Made by a program: the position numbers and the translations under genes. The notes beneath the pieces are model-generated. The model was not told the DNA's origin. It ran no database searches and saw only the letters and a list, made by a program, of their open reading frames with translations. This document shows positions 38,144 to 52,444 of a DNA stretch of 63,454 nucleotides, in pieces; within the stretch, counting starts at the first letter, position 1; the number at the start of each line of letters is the position of its first letter. This DNA comes from Chiloscyllium plagiosum (lineage: Eukaryota). The stretch covers positions 85,433,625 to 85,497,078 of the forward strand of contig NC_057718.1 of assembly GCF_004010195.1 (NCBI RefSeq), written 5' to 3'.

Positions 38144-38338
38144 CTAAGCCAAATAGAACCTGACATATAATAAAAACAAAATTTTGGAAATACTCAACAG
38201 ATCAGGCAACATATATGGACAGAGAAGTAAGTGGCCTATAATTCCCTCACTTATTTCAGTCGTCTTCATTGAATTGGAGAATGACATGTTGGCCTCTCTT
38301 CAAAGCAAGTTATTATTCCAGACATGATTGGCATTTAC

Positions 38339-38476
38339 CTGTGCCTAGTGTTTTCAAGGATGACCGATCGTATTTGGACACCCAGCTGTCTCCATATTTC
38401 AGCAGCAGACGAATGGCCGTTGGAGCCCCATAAAACTGATTGATTTGTAACCGCTGCACAGTTTCCCAGTATCTAC
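38339..38476 (-). CDS. ACSS1: ACSS1 coding exon 7 (138 nt)
   Basis: cag|GT...G|gtaaa; (G)RYWETVQRLQINQFYGAPTAIRLLLKYGDSWVSKYDRSSLKTLGT. Confidence 0.96.
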
Positions 38477-40159
38477 CTGATAAACAAATGCAGAGAGAAT
38501 TAATATCCGCATGGTTTAGCTTTCATGAATTTGGATCAAAATGCATCTAAATTAAACCAGTTGTTGAACTAAGGTCACTTGGTGCCATTAGATTGAAAAA
38601 ATAGATGTTACCTAGTTAATTAATTGAGGTTAATAGTACACAGTAGTTTCAGACTTACGTACATCAGTCTTTGCCATTGAGGTCGAAAGTGACATAACTA
38701 AATCCTAGATTAGAGAATTCAACTTAAAGAAATAAAAACTTCATGGAAAAGTGATATACTGGCCAAATAATGAGGTTAAGAGTTGTGTTAGTTTAAAGAA
38801 ATAGTCTTACAATGTTGCTTGTCCTTCTTTAAGTCATTCAAGTTTATCATTATACCAGCTAAAGTTGAGCTTCTGCATTACATAATTTCCTTTCTTTTTA
38901 TCCCCTTGTTTCCGGTTTCCGGTTGACTCTCATGTGATGGCTGTTTCCTTACTTTATGTCAGCAGCCCAACCGCAAAATTAAATTTGAGATACAGTACAG
39001 TTATCTTGGTAGAAATAGTCTCCTTATGTCATGGTCTGCTGCATTGAATGCTTTACTCTCCATTTCGCTCTATTTTATTTATAGCTTAAAAACTGAGAGA
39101 ACATTTCTCAGAATGAAAAACTTTGATTATGTGTAGAGATTACAAAATCTAAGGTTGTTCTCCTTACAGAACAGAAGTTGAATATTACATGCTAGTGTTT
39201 AAAATTATGAAGTAATTGAATAGAAAATATAGAGTTGAGAACTTATTGCTGCAAATTGTGAATTAAAATACATCATTTGAAATGTATTTACAAAATATCT
39301 ACAGAACAATGAGGACATTGTCAAACAGAGGTCCTGTTTGGATAGCACATTCAAAAAGCCAGACATGATGAACTGATGGACGTGATGCCTCCTTATGTTT
39401 GTATCGTTCTTTGAAACTGTTCCACTGGTAGATGGACAATAGCCAAAGTTATTGTCCATCTGTTATATGTAATATGTTATATGTAATGGCAAAGAAACCA
39501 GAGACGAGCAGATAAGGAGCGTTTATTTTTATACAGTGAATTCTTATGATCTGAAATGGAGTGATGGTAGCAGATTCAATAGCAACTTTCAAAAGAGATC
39601 CAGATGTACATTTGAAAATAAAAGAAAATCCCTCGATTATAGGGTAAGAGGCAATAGAATGGAGCTAATTTATTCTCTCTTTTAAAAGCTGACCCAGGCA
39701 TGATGGGCCAAATAGCCTCTATTTGTGCTGTAATATGCCAAGATTTTATTGTGCAATTTTGTAATGGTTATAATCCCAGTAAGGCCAGAGTAAATTAATT
39801 CAATTCGTATCATGGCACTTTGAGAATTTGAATTCCCTTCAAACTAATTAGTATAATTTGCAAATAAAAAGCTGATTTAGTTCTGACCACTCACAGCAAG
39901 TAGTTAGCACTGATAAGATTTACCTGTTATACAGGACAGATAGTCGATCTCCTCCATCTGTGATACTCATGAAATTATTGAAGTTCCACTGAAATATTGA
40001 CAGTTATGTACAAATATTTACTCAAATTTCAGCTATTACATTGTAATGCTTTTTGATATTTTAAATCATCCCTAATGTAAAAAGATATAGTCAGAAAGCT
40101 GAAAACTAAATGATGTTAAGGGAAGTTCAGGTGTGATAAAACAGTTTTAAAACATTTAT

Positions 40160-40520
40160 TACTCGTTTGTGGGACTGTTAGTTTTGCTGCCCGAGACAGC
40201 AATTATTGCCACTTGAACTGACTGGTTTACTAGGGCCATTTCAGAAGTCAGTTAAGATGCAACGATATGCTGTTGATCTGGCATCATATGTAGGCCAGAG
40301 CAGGTAAGGTTAACAGATTTCCTTCCCTCAAGGATATTATTGAACCAGATGAGTTTTTTAAGACAATCGATAATGCTTGCATAATTGCTATGGGAACTAA
40401 CTTTTAATTCCAGATTTTCAAGTTTCACCATCTGCCCTGGTGAGATTCAAGCTCATGTCCCAGAGCATTAACTCTGGATCACTAGTCCAGTGACAATACT
40501 ACTACACCACCACCTCCCCA
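40160..40520 (-). mobile_element. tRNA-like SINE; related copies near 22120-22620, 35630-35800, 57490-58740 (split) and 59880-60050
   Basis: Head ggggaggtggtggtgtagtagtattgtcactggactag; shared core catatgtaggccagagcaggtaagg...atttccttccct...gaaccagatg. Confidence 0.65.
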
Positions 40521-43391
40521 TTAGCAGTTGTACCATAACAAAGAAAATATGATATAGCCTTAATATAGCCTCAGGACATCGTGAAGTACTTTCCAGCCCC
40601 AATTTAAGAACTTATGGCAGGGTCAACTCTGTTGCGGTAGAGGATATGTGGCAAGTAACTTAAAATCATAACAGCCTCACCAACCGCAATAAGTACCAGA
40701 TCATCTCTTTTAACTGATGTATGAGAAACAAATATTGTGAAGGATACTGGACAGAATATCCTAACACTTCTTCAAAATTATGCCATGAGTTCTTTTTGTT
40801 TCATCTGAGATGGAAGGCAGGTTAATGCCTCCTCTGGAAGATGGCAATTCTGATAATGTGATCCTTCAGTAACTGCAGTAGACCACCAGTTGAAATGTTT
40901 TGCTGAATCTCTGAAGTAGGACTTGAATCCACAACCCCTAGGTAACAGGCAAGAGTACTACTACCATTAAGCTTACTACTTAATTATACTAGGGAAATAT
41001 ATCTAATTAGATATTATTATATCTAATTATTAGGCTAGAGAATTGTGTTTTAATGAAGTATACATTTAATTAACTCTGAATACCTGTCCTTGTCCTAAAT
41101 TGTCACCATGTTTATCACATTGCAAACAGCAACTTTGTATTTGACTTTGCATTGTTTAATAAATAGATTCCTGATTTCTGTTAAGGTATTTTAGTGTGAC
41201 AGACTTTATCAGTAGATGCAACCATAAAGCTACCAGATTGTCAGCAAAATTCCAACTGATTCACTAATACGTATCCAAACCTCGATTCAAGATGAAAGAC
41301 CACCAACACCTTCTCAGGACAATTAGAGATCCAGTATTACTACCAGTAATGTTGGAAATAATGAATTTTCAACGTTATACTTGATTTGCCCCATACATTT
41401 GCTGACTCACTTGTCCAAATCACACTAAAGCATTTCAGTACCCTCCCCACAAATCTCCATCTCACCCAGCTTTTTTTGTGTGCGAATTTGGAGATATTAA
41501 ATTTAGTGTCCATACCTGAATCATTAATCAAAAAAGCGTATTTCACATGGCATCAATTTTTGTGGTTTCACTAAATCATCCAGAGGTCACTTGAAAGTTT
41601 AAAAAAAAGTCCTCTCACAAATGCAATGCCTGGCATACTTGAGTAAGTCACACTCCCAGATTATGTAGGGGTTTAACTATTTATTGCAGCTACTTATGCA
41701 ACTATATTAAGTCAAAAATAACTAACTCCCAATCATGCTCTCATATCTGTGGAACACTGTAAACTTTGTCCTTCAGGACGTAAGTAGTTCCACTAGGCAA
41801 TTAAAATAGCAGTAAATATGTAACTAACTTGTTAACTGATGGATCAGAAAGTGAAATCTCCTTCCTTTTCTGTCAGGTGTGTGGAAAAAAAGAGAATGAT
41901 CAGCTAAATACTCCTTATGTTTCCTGTGAAGTAAATGTCCTGGACCCTGGAAGATGTAACTGAGATTAAGAAATCACAAGCACAAGCTCATCTTTGATTG
42001 AACTATGTCTAGACCACTGCCAATATGCAGACTGCACTGTGGGTAGAGTTCTTGATTTATTCTGAACATGCACACTTTGCATTTCTTATTTCATTTCTGT
42101 ACATATTGCAAAGTATTCCTTGATCTTTAGATGGTAAATAATATCGATGATGAGGGTTTAGGGAAATAACTTCTTGGTTTGTGGTTCTTTTGATCAATTT
42201 TTTTAAATTTGCATTTTTTTATGCAAACATGTATTTTGTCTCTCTCTTTTGCTCACAGGTTTGCTCTGTCAAGATGCCATTTTGCTTATAAAGCTGTACC
42301 TTAAACATCTGTTAATTTGAGACAAAGCTATTAGTGTTTCATGGTTTATGTATGGTTTCAAGGATTACTTGTAACTACAACAACGCACAGATCAGAATGC
42401 TGCTAAGTATCTTCCTCTCCTTTTCCTTTTCTGTCTTCCTAAATTTTCTTACAATCTTACTCTTGCAGTGAATTTACAAACCTTCAGATTTCCAACATAG
42501 CTTTCACGTACAGAGACACTGCGCTGTTTGAAATACAAGCCTTAAGAAGATTGTCATCTTGGATTTTTTAGAATTCACTGAAATTGATACATGCGTGGGA
42601 TCTCATTCTGCCTGCTGCACCTACCCATACTCACCATCAGTACAGTCTATAGGAATGGACTCTGTATACTGTCATCATTGGCTCCAGATTGTGCAATCAT
42701 ATTTATTAGAACATAGAACATAGAAGAATACAGCGCAGTATAGGCCCTTTGGCCCTCGATGTTGCGCCGATCCAAGCCCACCTAACCTACACTAGCCCAC
42801 TATCCTCCATATGCCTCCATATGCCTATTGTAACAGGAGGGTCCCATGTGTAGATTTCACAGCAGTATTCAATTTTCCTCAAAGTGTGGAAGAAATGCCA
42901 GCATAGTGAGCAAAGAATGTCAGGTGAACAGGCATAGGGATAAGAAGAATCTCTGACAAACTGGAGGTTGGGAAAATGGTAGCAGTGTGAATTGGGAGTA
43001 AGAGACATAATCCAGCAAAACTGGTTATTGGTTAGATCTAGAAAATTATTTGCACTTATTGACAAAATTTTCCTCAATTTTCTCATGTTCCCATTACAGA
43101 TAAATGGATCCCAGACCTTGAACGGTCACTCCCTGGAAAGACAAAACTATGCCCTAATCTCACAACTACGAGCATTTCCAACATTTTAGGTGTGGATGCA
43201 GAATGCTGGTGTCAAGAAAGACCATAGGGTTGATTTTAACTCAATCTGCCCAATGGAAACCACAGTATCAGGCTGAGCATATGAATCATTTGGGTGACTT
43301 GTCTGCCATTTTTGCCTGCCACGTACATTTTAATTTGCTATTCAAATCAGACAGCAAAGCAACCCACACAAAATGTTTAGGTCCTACATTA

Positions 43392-43465
43392 CTGACCTGC
43401 TGTGCTGTTCCAGCAATAAAGTTTCAACTTTGATCTCCAGCATCTGCAGACCTCACTTTCTCCTC
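43392..43465 (+). mobile_element. 74-bp Penelope terminal fragment flanked by a 49-bp direct repeat
   Basis: caaatcagacagc...gtcctacatta occurs at 43343-43391 and 43466-43514. Confidence 0.85.
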
Positions 43466-43723
43466 CAAATCAGACAGCAAAGCAACCCACACAAAATGTT
43501 TAGGTCCTACATTAAGTAATCAGATCTGGATATTGTGAGGCTATCAGGTCCAGGCATAACTGTAATCTGCAATTTCCTGGTAAACACCAGCTGGCAGTTG
43601 AAACCACCCCATTCCTGGCAGCCCAAGTTCATATTTATTTTCTTTCTGACTACATCAATCACAGGGAGTTCAAACAGGTACATAGAGTATGTTTTTTTTA
43701 ACAATAGTCCTTATTGTGCTTAC

Positions 43724-43871
43724 CTGGATTTGGGTAGATAGGAGTGCTTTCAAATAGTACAGTCGTGCCACCATTGCAGAGTGGGCCATAGGCCACATAA
43801 CTGTGCCCTGTAATCCAGCCAATGTCTGCCATACAGCCAAAAATATCACCTTCTTGATAATCAAAGACATA
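43724..43871 (-). CDS. ACSS1: ACSS1 coding exon 6 (148 nt)
   Basis: cag|TAT...G|gtaag; [49 protein letters not shown]. Confidence 0.96.
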
Positions 43872-46800
43872 CTGAAAGATAACATTTGTATGTTAACCTT
43901 ATGAATTAGTATCTGGAACAGAAAAATTATTCCACTAAAAGATTCACTCTATAGGTAACAAACAAAACTAGGACTCAAAAATAGACCCTGCAATACCAGT
44001 TTACAAAAAAGTAATACAATTAGTTGATTGGGTAAGCGTCTATTAAAATCACTCAGTAAGCAAGTTAAATGAATGAGGCCAAGTGGGTTTTGTTTGCAGC
44101 TGGGGATGAAGTCCTGGAAAAATACAAGTATGCCAGGAATCCCATTCCAACCTGCCAACTTTCATATTTAATTGCAGTAGACCACATGAGATCACACCCC
44201 TCAGGAGAGGTAGGTTGTCAATTTTATGATGTAAAAGATCAACTCCTGTGATAGTAACACGGAATTTGAAATAAAACGTTTGGCTCTGCAGGTTTCCTAT
44301 GCTTCCTCGAACCTGCTAGGTGATTGCCAGGCAAGACGAAGGTGGCAACTAAAGGGGTGGAAGCTATGAAAAGGAAATCTGGTTGTAGAAAATGGTGTAT
44401 TCACAGTACTTTTACCATGATATCGCAGAGGATGTTATTTTACATGCATTGAAGGTGCCATCAACACTTTGAATGTTCAAAGGCCTGACTTGCACTACCA
44501 TATTTCCTGGCTGTTGTTTATGCAGGGTTACTTTGAACCTCAGATTATATCCAAGATAAATTGCCAGCAGCAGTAGATCGAAAAGCAGCAAGAGGCAAAG
44601 CACCAGGCTGCAACAGTACTTCCATTAGCAACAGCCCACTTCTTACAGACCTGCAGTTCATTACTATAGCACATTGCCTATAGGCAGAGCATAGTGGATA
44701 AGCTTCCTTGACATGTCAGAGCATCAGTGTCTCAGGAGGCACAAACTGTCATGTCAGATTTTGGCAGACATTACAAACTTTCTGGACCAGACCTGCTACT
44801 GACTGAACCTACTGTGTCTATGCCTGTCAAAATAACCATTGTCCTTGACACCTGTGCCTCTGGATCCTTCCAGGCTCACCTGGAATTATTGCCAGGATCT
44901 CACAGTTAGTGGTAGATAAATGCATAAGAGAGCTTGCTGACTACTTATTTGCCAAAAGTGTCAACTTCATCTGTGATGACACCAGTCATAAGGGGGAAGC
45001 ATCCAAATTTGTGACTCTGAAATGTTTGCCATAGGTGTAGTGCTGCCCGCAAGTGACAACTAAAGCAACCACCCTTCACCCAGGCAAGTTAATAAAGGGC
45101 TTCCTCTCCGTCAATATGCAAGAGGTGAGCAACCAAATGTCTTAATACCTGGATGCAGAGCTACTTAAAAGATGGTCAGTGACATCCCTCAAACTTCTAA
45201 GGAATACAGCCTAGAAACAGTACAATTAATGTCATACAACCATTGTGTATCATTAAACAAACTGTTGGGAGTGCTGAAGGTGCAGTTCAAATGTCTTCAT
45301 AGATCTAGAAGTGCACTTCAGCTCACAGAGACCAGGGTATACAATGCAATTTTGGTGTCTGCTGTCTATATAGCAGTGCACAACAGCAACGTTGGACCTG
45401 CAGGAGGAACAAAGGGCAGAAACACAAAGCAGAAGGTGATGCTGGCAATGGACTACCTGCTGCCCAAGATGCCCTTAGAATTGAGTTTTACTTAGTTTCC
45501 ACCATTCCATCCATCAAATAAGCAAATTCAAAAGTGGTTGTGGCAATTGCTGCCTCCCAGCCCTCTGTCATAACCCTACATCCTCCAAGAAACAACCTGT
45601 AAAGGAGTCCTTCAAACAATGAAGCCTCTCATTCACAACCCCCATTACTTTGTGTCAGTTACATGAGATATAGAAAAAATGTGGGGTTGAATTTTACACT
45701 CGGTGGACACAAATATTTTCATTATCTTGATTAGAAATATTGCTCTTAATTGTTATATACATCCAAAGACAGCACTATTTCTAATTAATTACAATATTGG
45801 TCACACTTACAAAACCAGTAATAGTGGAATAAACAAGTCATAACTGGAATACACTAGTCACAACAAGAAAATTATTAATGATTGGAATATTCTTTGTATA
45901 GTGACATTAATACAGAAAACTGTCCCAAGACATTTGTAGATACATTATCAAACCAGATTTGACGCCAAGCCAGATAAGAAGATATTATGGCATGTGGCCA
46001 AAATCTTGGTTGAGATATGTAGGTTTTAAGGAGTGTGTTTGCGGAAGAAACAGAGATGGAGAAGTTGAGTGACAGAATTAGAAAGTTTAGGACCATGGCA
46101 GCTGAAAACAAAATCTTGAGCACTCTCTCCCTAACAGCACTTGGGCATATCCCCTGTCCAGTACCACATGGCAGTTCATCAACACTTTCCCAAGTTCAGA
46201 TTAGAGATGGACAACAACTCAATGGACACGTCACATGTGAAAGAATGAAAATGATGATACAGTTAAAACTCAGGAATGCTCAGGACTCTAGGTTTGGAGA
46301 ATCACAGATCTCCAAGAGGGCTGCGAAGCTTGAGGAAATTATAGAGTTAGGGAGAGGTGAGGCCATGAAGGATAGACGTTTTCAAATCAAGATAGTGTTT
46401 ACCCATAAGGAGCAATATGTAGATGAAAAATAGAATAGACCTTTGGGCAGATCCTTGTGGGATGCAAAGATAACAATGTGGGAGAAGGAAGTGAAGCCAT
46501 TGCAGGTTATTCTCCAGTTACAACTGTATAGTTAAGCATAGTGCCAGATGGATTTTGTCTCACCCATTTGGATCACAGCAGACAGGCTTTGGTGAAGGAT
46601 GATGTTGCCAACAATGTCACATGCTGAAGACAAGGTGAGAATGCTGAAAACAGAGAGCTTTTTATAATCACAATAGGATAGGACATCATATGACTTTGTT
46701 AATTTCCTTGATTAATAAGGGGACCAATGGTTATTGGGAGAGGCAGGAGAATGGGCTTGAGAAACGTATCAGCCTGATCGAATGGCAGAGCAACTGAATG

Positions 46801-47602
46801 GGCCAAATGGCCTAATTCTGCTCCTACATCTTATGGTTAAGAGGGTTTTTGGTGCGAGGACTTGAAAAGCTGATTGGCAGGAACTTGGAGTTCCAGGAGA
46901 GATGGGCATAGATTTGGGTGGCACACCATGTTCAAAGACTTTAGGAAATTTGACATGAGGTAGTAGCTTATAAGAACAGTAGGATCATGGTATAATTTTG
47001 AAGAAAAAGATAAAAAGAAACTTGAAGGCGAGGGATTGAGTATAAAATTGGGAGAGAAATTTTAGCAATATCAACTAATAAGGGCAGGGAAGGAAAACTG
47101 GGAGGTCAGCAATTTAATGGAATGGGTCATGGAGCAGGAGGTAGCTTTCAAACAGATGACAAGTTTAGGCAGTGTATAAGTGCCAATAGGAGAGAACCTA
47201 GAGGTGAGGATCTTATAGGATGCGAGATAGGTCATAATTGGAATACACTAAATTAGGATTGGAATATACTGGATTTAATTAGAATATAATAGCCTTAACC
47301 GGAATATGTTGGCCAAAACTGAACTGCTATGTATTATCTCAACTAGAATTTATTGGCCACAATTTGATCATAATTGCAATATGTTGTTCTTAATTGGAAC
47401 ACACTAATCAAACTCTACGTTGGTGTAAACTGGAAACAGTTTTCAAATCAAGACATTGTTTTCCCAGGAGCCAATCTAAGTTAGCAAGCACTGGGGTGAT
47501 AGATGAAAACTTTGTTTCAAATGAGCCCAAATTGGGAAAGCATATGCCATGTAGGAATGTGCTGAATTGTTAAGTGTCAAAACAACAAACGCATGGCTGG
47601 AG

Positions 47603-47944
47603 TTACATTACATTAGATTCTCTACACTGTGGAAACAGGCCCTTTGGCCCATCAAGTCCACACCGACCCTCCGAAGAGCGACCTTCCGAAGAGCAACCCA
47701 CCCATTCCCCTACATTTACCCATGACTAATCCACCTAACACTATGGACAATTTAGCATGGCCAATTCACCTGGCCTGCACATCTTGGGACTGTGGGAGGA
47801 AACCAGAAAACCCAGAGGAAACCCACACAGACACGGGGAGAACGTGCAACCTCCACACAGACAGTTGTCCGAGCCGGGAATCGAACCCTGGTCCCTGGCA
47901 CTGTGAGGCTGCAGTACTAACCACTCAGCCACCGTGCCGCCCCA
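47603..47944 (-). mobile_element. HE1-type tRNA-derived SINE
   Basis: Reverse complement begins gggcggcacggtggctgagtggttag; B box GGTTCGATTCC. Confidence 0.88.
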
Positions 47945-49896
47945 TTATTAACTGCAGATGACTTGAGGCAAGGTGAGTCCACCAGTATTATAGAGATACA
48001 ATTTGGCACAGCTATGGATGCGCATTGTAGGGTCAACCATGACACCAATGTTGCAAGAAGACTGGTTCAGTCTCTGACAATTCTCAAAAAGTGAGAGAGA
48101 GTGGTAACTGGAAGTTTGGGGTGGGGCTTTGGTCAAATTTAATTGGAAGAAATTTCTGCTTGTCTAGTATAGATAGTTTGAATAGATAGTTTGACAATTT
48201 AGAGATTGTGAAGGAATAGAGAGAGGCAGCAGTTGGGTAGAAACATGGTAAAAAGGAGCAAGCATTCGGCCCCTATTCAATAGGATCATGGCTGATCATC
48301 CAACATAGTACCATTTTCCTGCTTTGTCCCCAAATCTTTCGCTCCCTTTAACCCTAAGAATTATATCTAACTTCTGGAAAACATTCAATGTTTTGGCCTC
48401 AACCATTTTCTGTGGCAAAGAATTCCACAGGGTCACCACTCCCTGGGTGAAGAAATTTCTCCCTCTTCTCAGTCTTAAATGTTCTACCCTATGTCCTCAG
48501 AGTGACCTCTGGTTTCAGCCTTCTTATTCTCCTTCAGGATAATGTTTCCTACTTTTATCTTGTATAGTCCTGTTGGGATTTTATATGTTTTATGAGATCC
48601 TATCAAATTAACCCAGCTGAACAAAAACCACAGATCAGGTTTCATAACCTTAAATTTAAGTCTAACCCTATTTAAGAAGAATTGCTATTAATTAAAAATA
48701 AATACATGTTCTGTTCTTAAATTTCTCCTCTCTTTTTTTTCATTTGTTCACAGGAGACATGAGCGATTGTCACATTAATTGTGAAATCTTTGGTTAAAGG
48801 ACACAGGTGAGGAAAAAATACACTGGTTCTTTTCAGGTTTTGATTACCTATTTTTTGGAGGGAAAGATAGATCAGCTCCCAAAGCAGCTGTAAAAAGGCT
48901 TCTGTCAAAATCATTCACACCCAAAAACTATTGAGCTATCCAGTTGCTGTTGTCAGGCTGACAGTCTTTGGCATCCATAGCTGGTCACAACTCCTCAAGC
49001 CAATCAGTAATCTGTTGCTGACCCATCTACTAACAGCCTCCACTACTTTCTCAACAAAGCTGCAATGTAAATATGACTCACATCGAGATTCAGTAACTTG
49101 TTTTTTAGAAGTGCAGCAGTTCTTTCATAATCATTGGTTTTAAAATGGTCCTTTTCCCAAATCAGTTCATAATCAAAAATACAGTAAAATAAAAAGATAT
49201 GGGTTTTATGATGTGAATGGGAGTTGGAGAGATTTAGTGTAAGGAAATTGCACCCCTTATTCATTCACAGGATGTATACCAGCACCAAGGACTGTGAGGT
49301 GCTTGTGCCTGGCTTCCAGTGATCCCGCAAACTGCAATGGAAGGCATGTGAGTGCTGGAGAACAACAAAAGCAGTGATTCCCTTAACCACTGGGTCAGAG
49401 ACCCAAAGAATTTCAGGGACATTGTTTGCAATCTAGTCCAGGTGTTTTGTACTGATATTATTGCAGTCACTGACTCTTCGATCCTGGAAGCAATATAATC
49501 AGAAGCAGTTTTATTAGCATGAATTTTCACAATTAATCAACTTAATATTCTGGATAGATAATACTGCTAAGGTAAATATCTACATCATCAGCCTTGTTAA
49601 AGAGTAGGAAGTAAAATCATACAAAACATAAGAAAATTGTCTGAAAAACATATCTAGATATTCCTACAATGAGTTGCCTAACAGTTATGTATGTTAACAT
49701 AACTCAGAGACTAGCATATATTTATTTTTTTTATTTAGTTAAGTAATTTAGCATTAGCAACTTTACAGATAAATGCAATCTGTGAAGTTGGCCTTTATTC
49801 CTTTGGCCTTTGTACGTTAATGTTAAGTAATTTCTGTAATCAGTATTAAATACTAGAAGGAAAACATTGAGGCTCACCATCCTGCTCTACTGATAC

Positions 49897-50049
49897 CTTG
49901 TGGGTAATAGATGTATATAGCAGATAGCCAGCTTGTGTATGGACTAGGCCCTTGGGTTTTCCTGTGCTTCCAGAAGTATACAGCAAGAAGAGCAGGTCCT
50001 CACTGTCCATGGACACAGGTTCACACACCGGCTCCTCTTTCTCCATCTC
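49897..50049 (-). CDS. ACSS1: ACSS1 coding exon 5 (153 nt), AMP-binding loop
   Basis: cag|GAG...AAG|gtatca; [51 protein letters not shown] contains the YTSGSTGxPKG signature. Confidence 0.97.
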
Positions 50050-51434
50050 CTGAGGAAGAAAAAAGGCAGATCATCTGAGCTGATGTTTTATTCCAGGAAA
50101 ATGTGTTTAATAGTTGTTCTGTATAATTTAGACATGACAATAATGTGAAATACACCTACATTCTAATGGTAGATTCAATCTACAAAAGACCCATACTTTG
50201 TGTCTGCCTATTTCTGTGTTTTCACCAGATTGACAATGGTTAGTATGGCGGATGATTTGATTAATGTGTGCGTGGTGCTGGGCCTTAGTGGGAATTGGAT
50301 TCACCATCCTCAGAAAGAGGGTAGACATAGCCATAGGGGTTGCTGAGTACAGAGGCAATTTTATAAAAGGCTTGCCTTTGCCTTCTGTACATTGTCCCAG
50401 CTATAAAGAAACAAGTAAATGAAATACAGCCCTCAGCCTTCACCCACCAGACAAACCTCATGTCATACATGCCAAACCATTCTCCCACCCAACCCCATGC
50501 TGCCTCACGCCTCCCATGTCAATGAATGTCCATCTACGCACCCGTCCTAGCCCTTCCCATACCCACTGTGACAACCGATGTCCTTACACCTTCCATGCCA
50601 ACTCACCCAGGATCCATCACAGGCAGACCTCAGGACCTATGCTGAGTTGAAATAAAGTTTTTTTGTCTTTTGATTATTTCACTAATTAAGAAAAAGTACA
50701 ATGATTGATTTTAAAAACTCTGTTGCATTTACATTCCTTTAATTGCTCATCTCTTATAAATACAAAATTTGTATTCATAGCTCCACACCAAAGTCTTTGT
50801 AACTGCATGGTACTGTCAAACAAGTTGTGAATTGACAGGCATGTCATAATGATAATTATAGGTTGTGAAATGAGTCAACCAACACAAATTATATACTGAT
50901 AGCCAGCAGGCTTAGGTCAACAGACAAGATTTAAATGCAGGTTTTTTAAAATTCAAAGCAGTTTAAATTAAATGCCTTTACAGCTTGGCAGTTTCAATGA
51001 GCATATCCACTTTTAACACACATTCACATCTACTTTAAACAATCCTAAATGACACATAACCGATCCCAAAAATGTTCTTGGACGTATCCAAAAGTTTAAT
51101 TTACCAAAAAGGTACTTCAGTAAGTTTAGACCTTCCCTTGAAAAGTATGAAGTCCACAATTCATGTTTTAGGTGTCCCACTAATGAAAAGTAAATCTGTT
51201 TGAATACAATTCCATTTTACATATGTAAATAAAAATGGAATATTTTGGGTTATTTCTTATTTTAGGGTCATCCAGTAAATTTAGTTAAATCCAATGGGAA
51301 TTGTAACAATTATTTAATCACACTCGTGACTTTGATCTTGGAATTGATGGATGAGCATTTGCAGATTCAAGTTTTGGGTTATTCACTGCAGAAATTCTGG
51401 CCTTTAGACTGTTCTTGGAGCCACCCTATTATAT

Positions 51435-51558
51435 TCCTGAAGAAGGGCTCATGCCCAAAACGTCGATTCTCCTGCTCCTTGGATGCTGCCTGACCTGCTG
51501 CGCTTTTCCAGCAACAAATTTTCAGCTCTGATCTCCAGCAGCTGCAGTCCTCACTTTC
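51435..51558 (+). mobile_element. Penelope family B terminal fragment with a 15-bp target duplication
   Basis: gccaccctattatat at 51420-51434 and 51559-51573; the hammerhead core is mutated (CCC-AAAAC). Confidence 0.85.
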
Positions 51559-52204
51559 GCCACCCTATTATATGTCTGCTTCAGCTGAGTTTCTTGTTAA
51601 TGGTAAACACCAGGATGTTGATGAAAGGGGTATTCAGCATTAATAATGCCATTGAAGGTCAAGGGAGATTCTTTTGTTGGAGATGGTCAATACCTAGCAT
51701 TTGAATGATGCGACTATTACTTGCCACTTAGCAGCCCAAGCCTGAATATTGTCCAGGTCTTGCTGCCTACAGTCACAGTTTACCTCTTTGGTGAGAAGTT
51801 GTGAATGGAACTGAACATTAAGCAATCATCAGCGAACATCCCCACTCTGATTTTATGATGGAGAACAGGTTGTGAGAAGCAGCTTAGGATGTTTGGGTCT
51901 GGGAGACATTTCTTTGAGGACTTCCTGCAGCTCAGTCCTAGTGATGAGATGATTTGCCTCCAGCAACTATAACAGTTTTTCTTTGAGTTAGTTGTGATTC
52001 CAGCCAGTGGAGAGTTTCGCCCTAGTTTCCATTTACTTTAGTTTTTTTTGACAAATTCAGTAAAATACATATTAAGAGCAAAAATGTCCATTCTGCTTCT
52101 GGAATTCAACTCCTCTTTCCAAGGCTCTATCTATTGCGGTCTGGAGTTAAATGTCTCCTCACGGAACTCAAAACTAAATATTACTGAGCACGTTATTGTT
52201 CATA

Positions 52205-52404
52205 GTTGAGAGTATGTTGCTGGAAAAGCACAGCAGATCAGGCAGCATCTGAGGGACAAGAAAATCAATGTTTTGGGCCGGAGCCCTTCATCAGGAATCA
52301 TTTGGGCCAGATTTTCCTGGTCCTCAATGCTGCCTGACCTGCTGTGCTTTTCCAGCAAAACACTCTCAACTCTAATCTCCAGCATCTGCAGACCTCATTG
52401 TCTC
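52205..52404. mobile_element. Fold-back Penelope terminal-repeat insertion with a 16-bp target duplication
   Basis: cacgttattgttcata at 52189-52204 and 52405-52420; inverted arms of about 60 bp. Confidence 0.85.
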
Positions 52405-52444
52405 CACGTTATTGTTCATATCACTGTCAATAATACCATCAATC

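Noticed and set aside
46035..46433. 132-aa ORF as a nested gene (also 33360-33701, 35430-35792 and 45172-45495)
   Set aside because: No recognisable domain or exon structure; these overlap decayed repeat-like intronic sequence.
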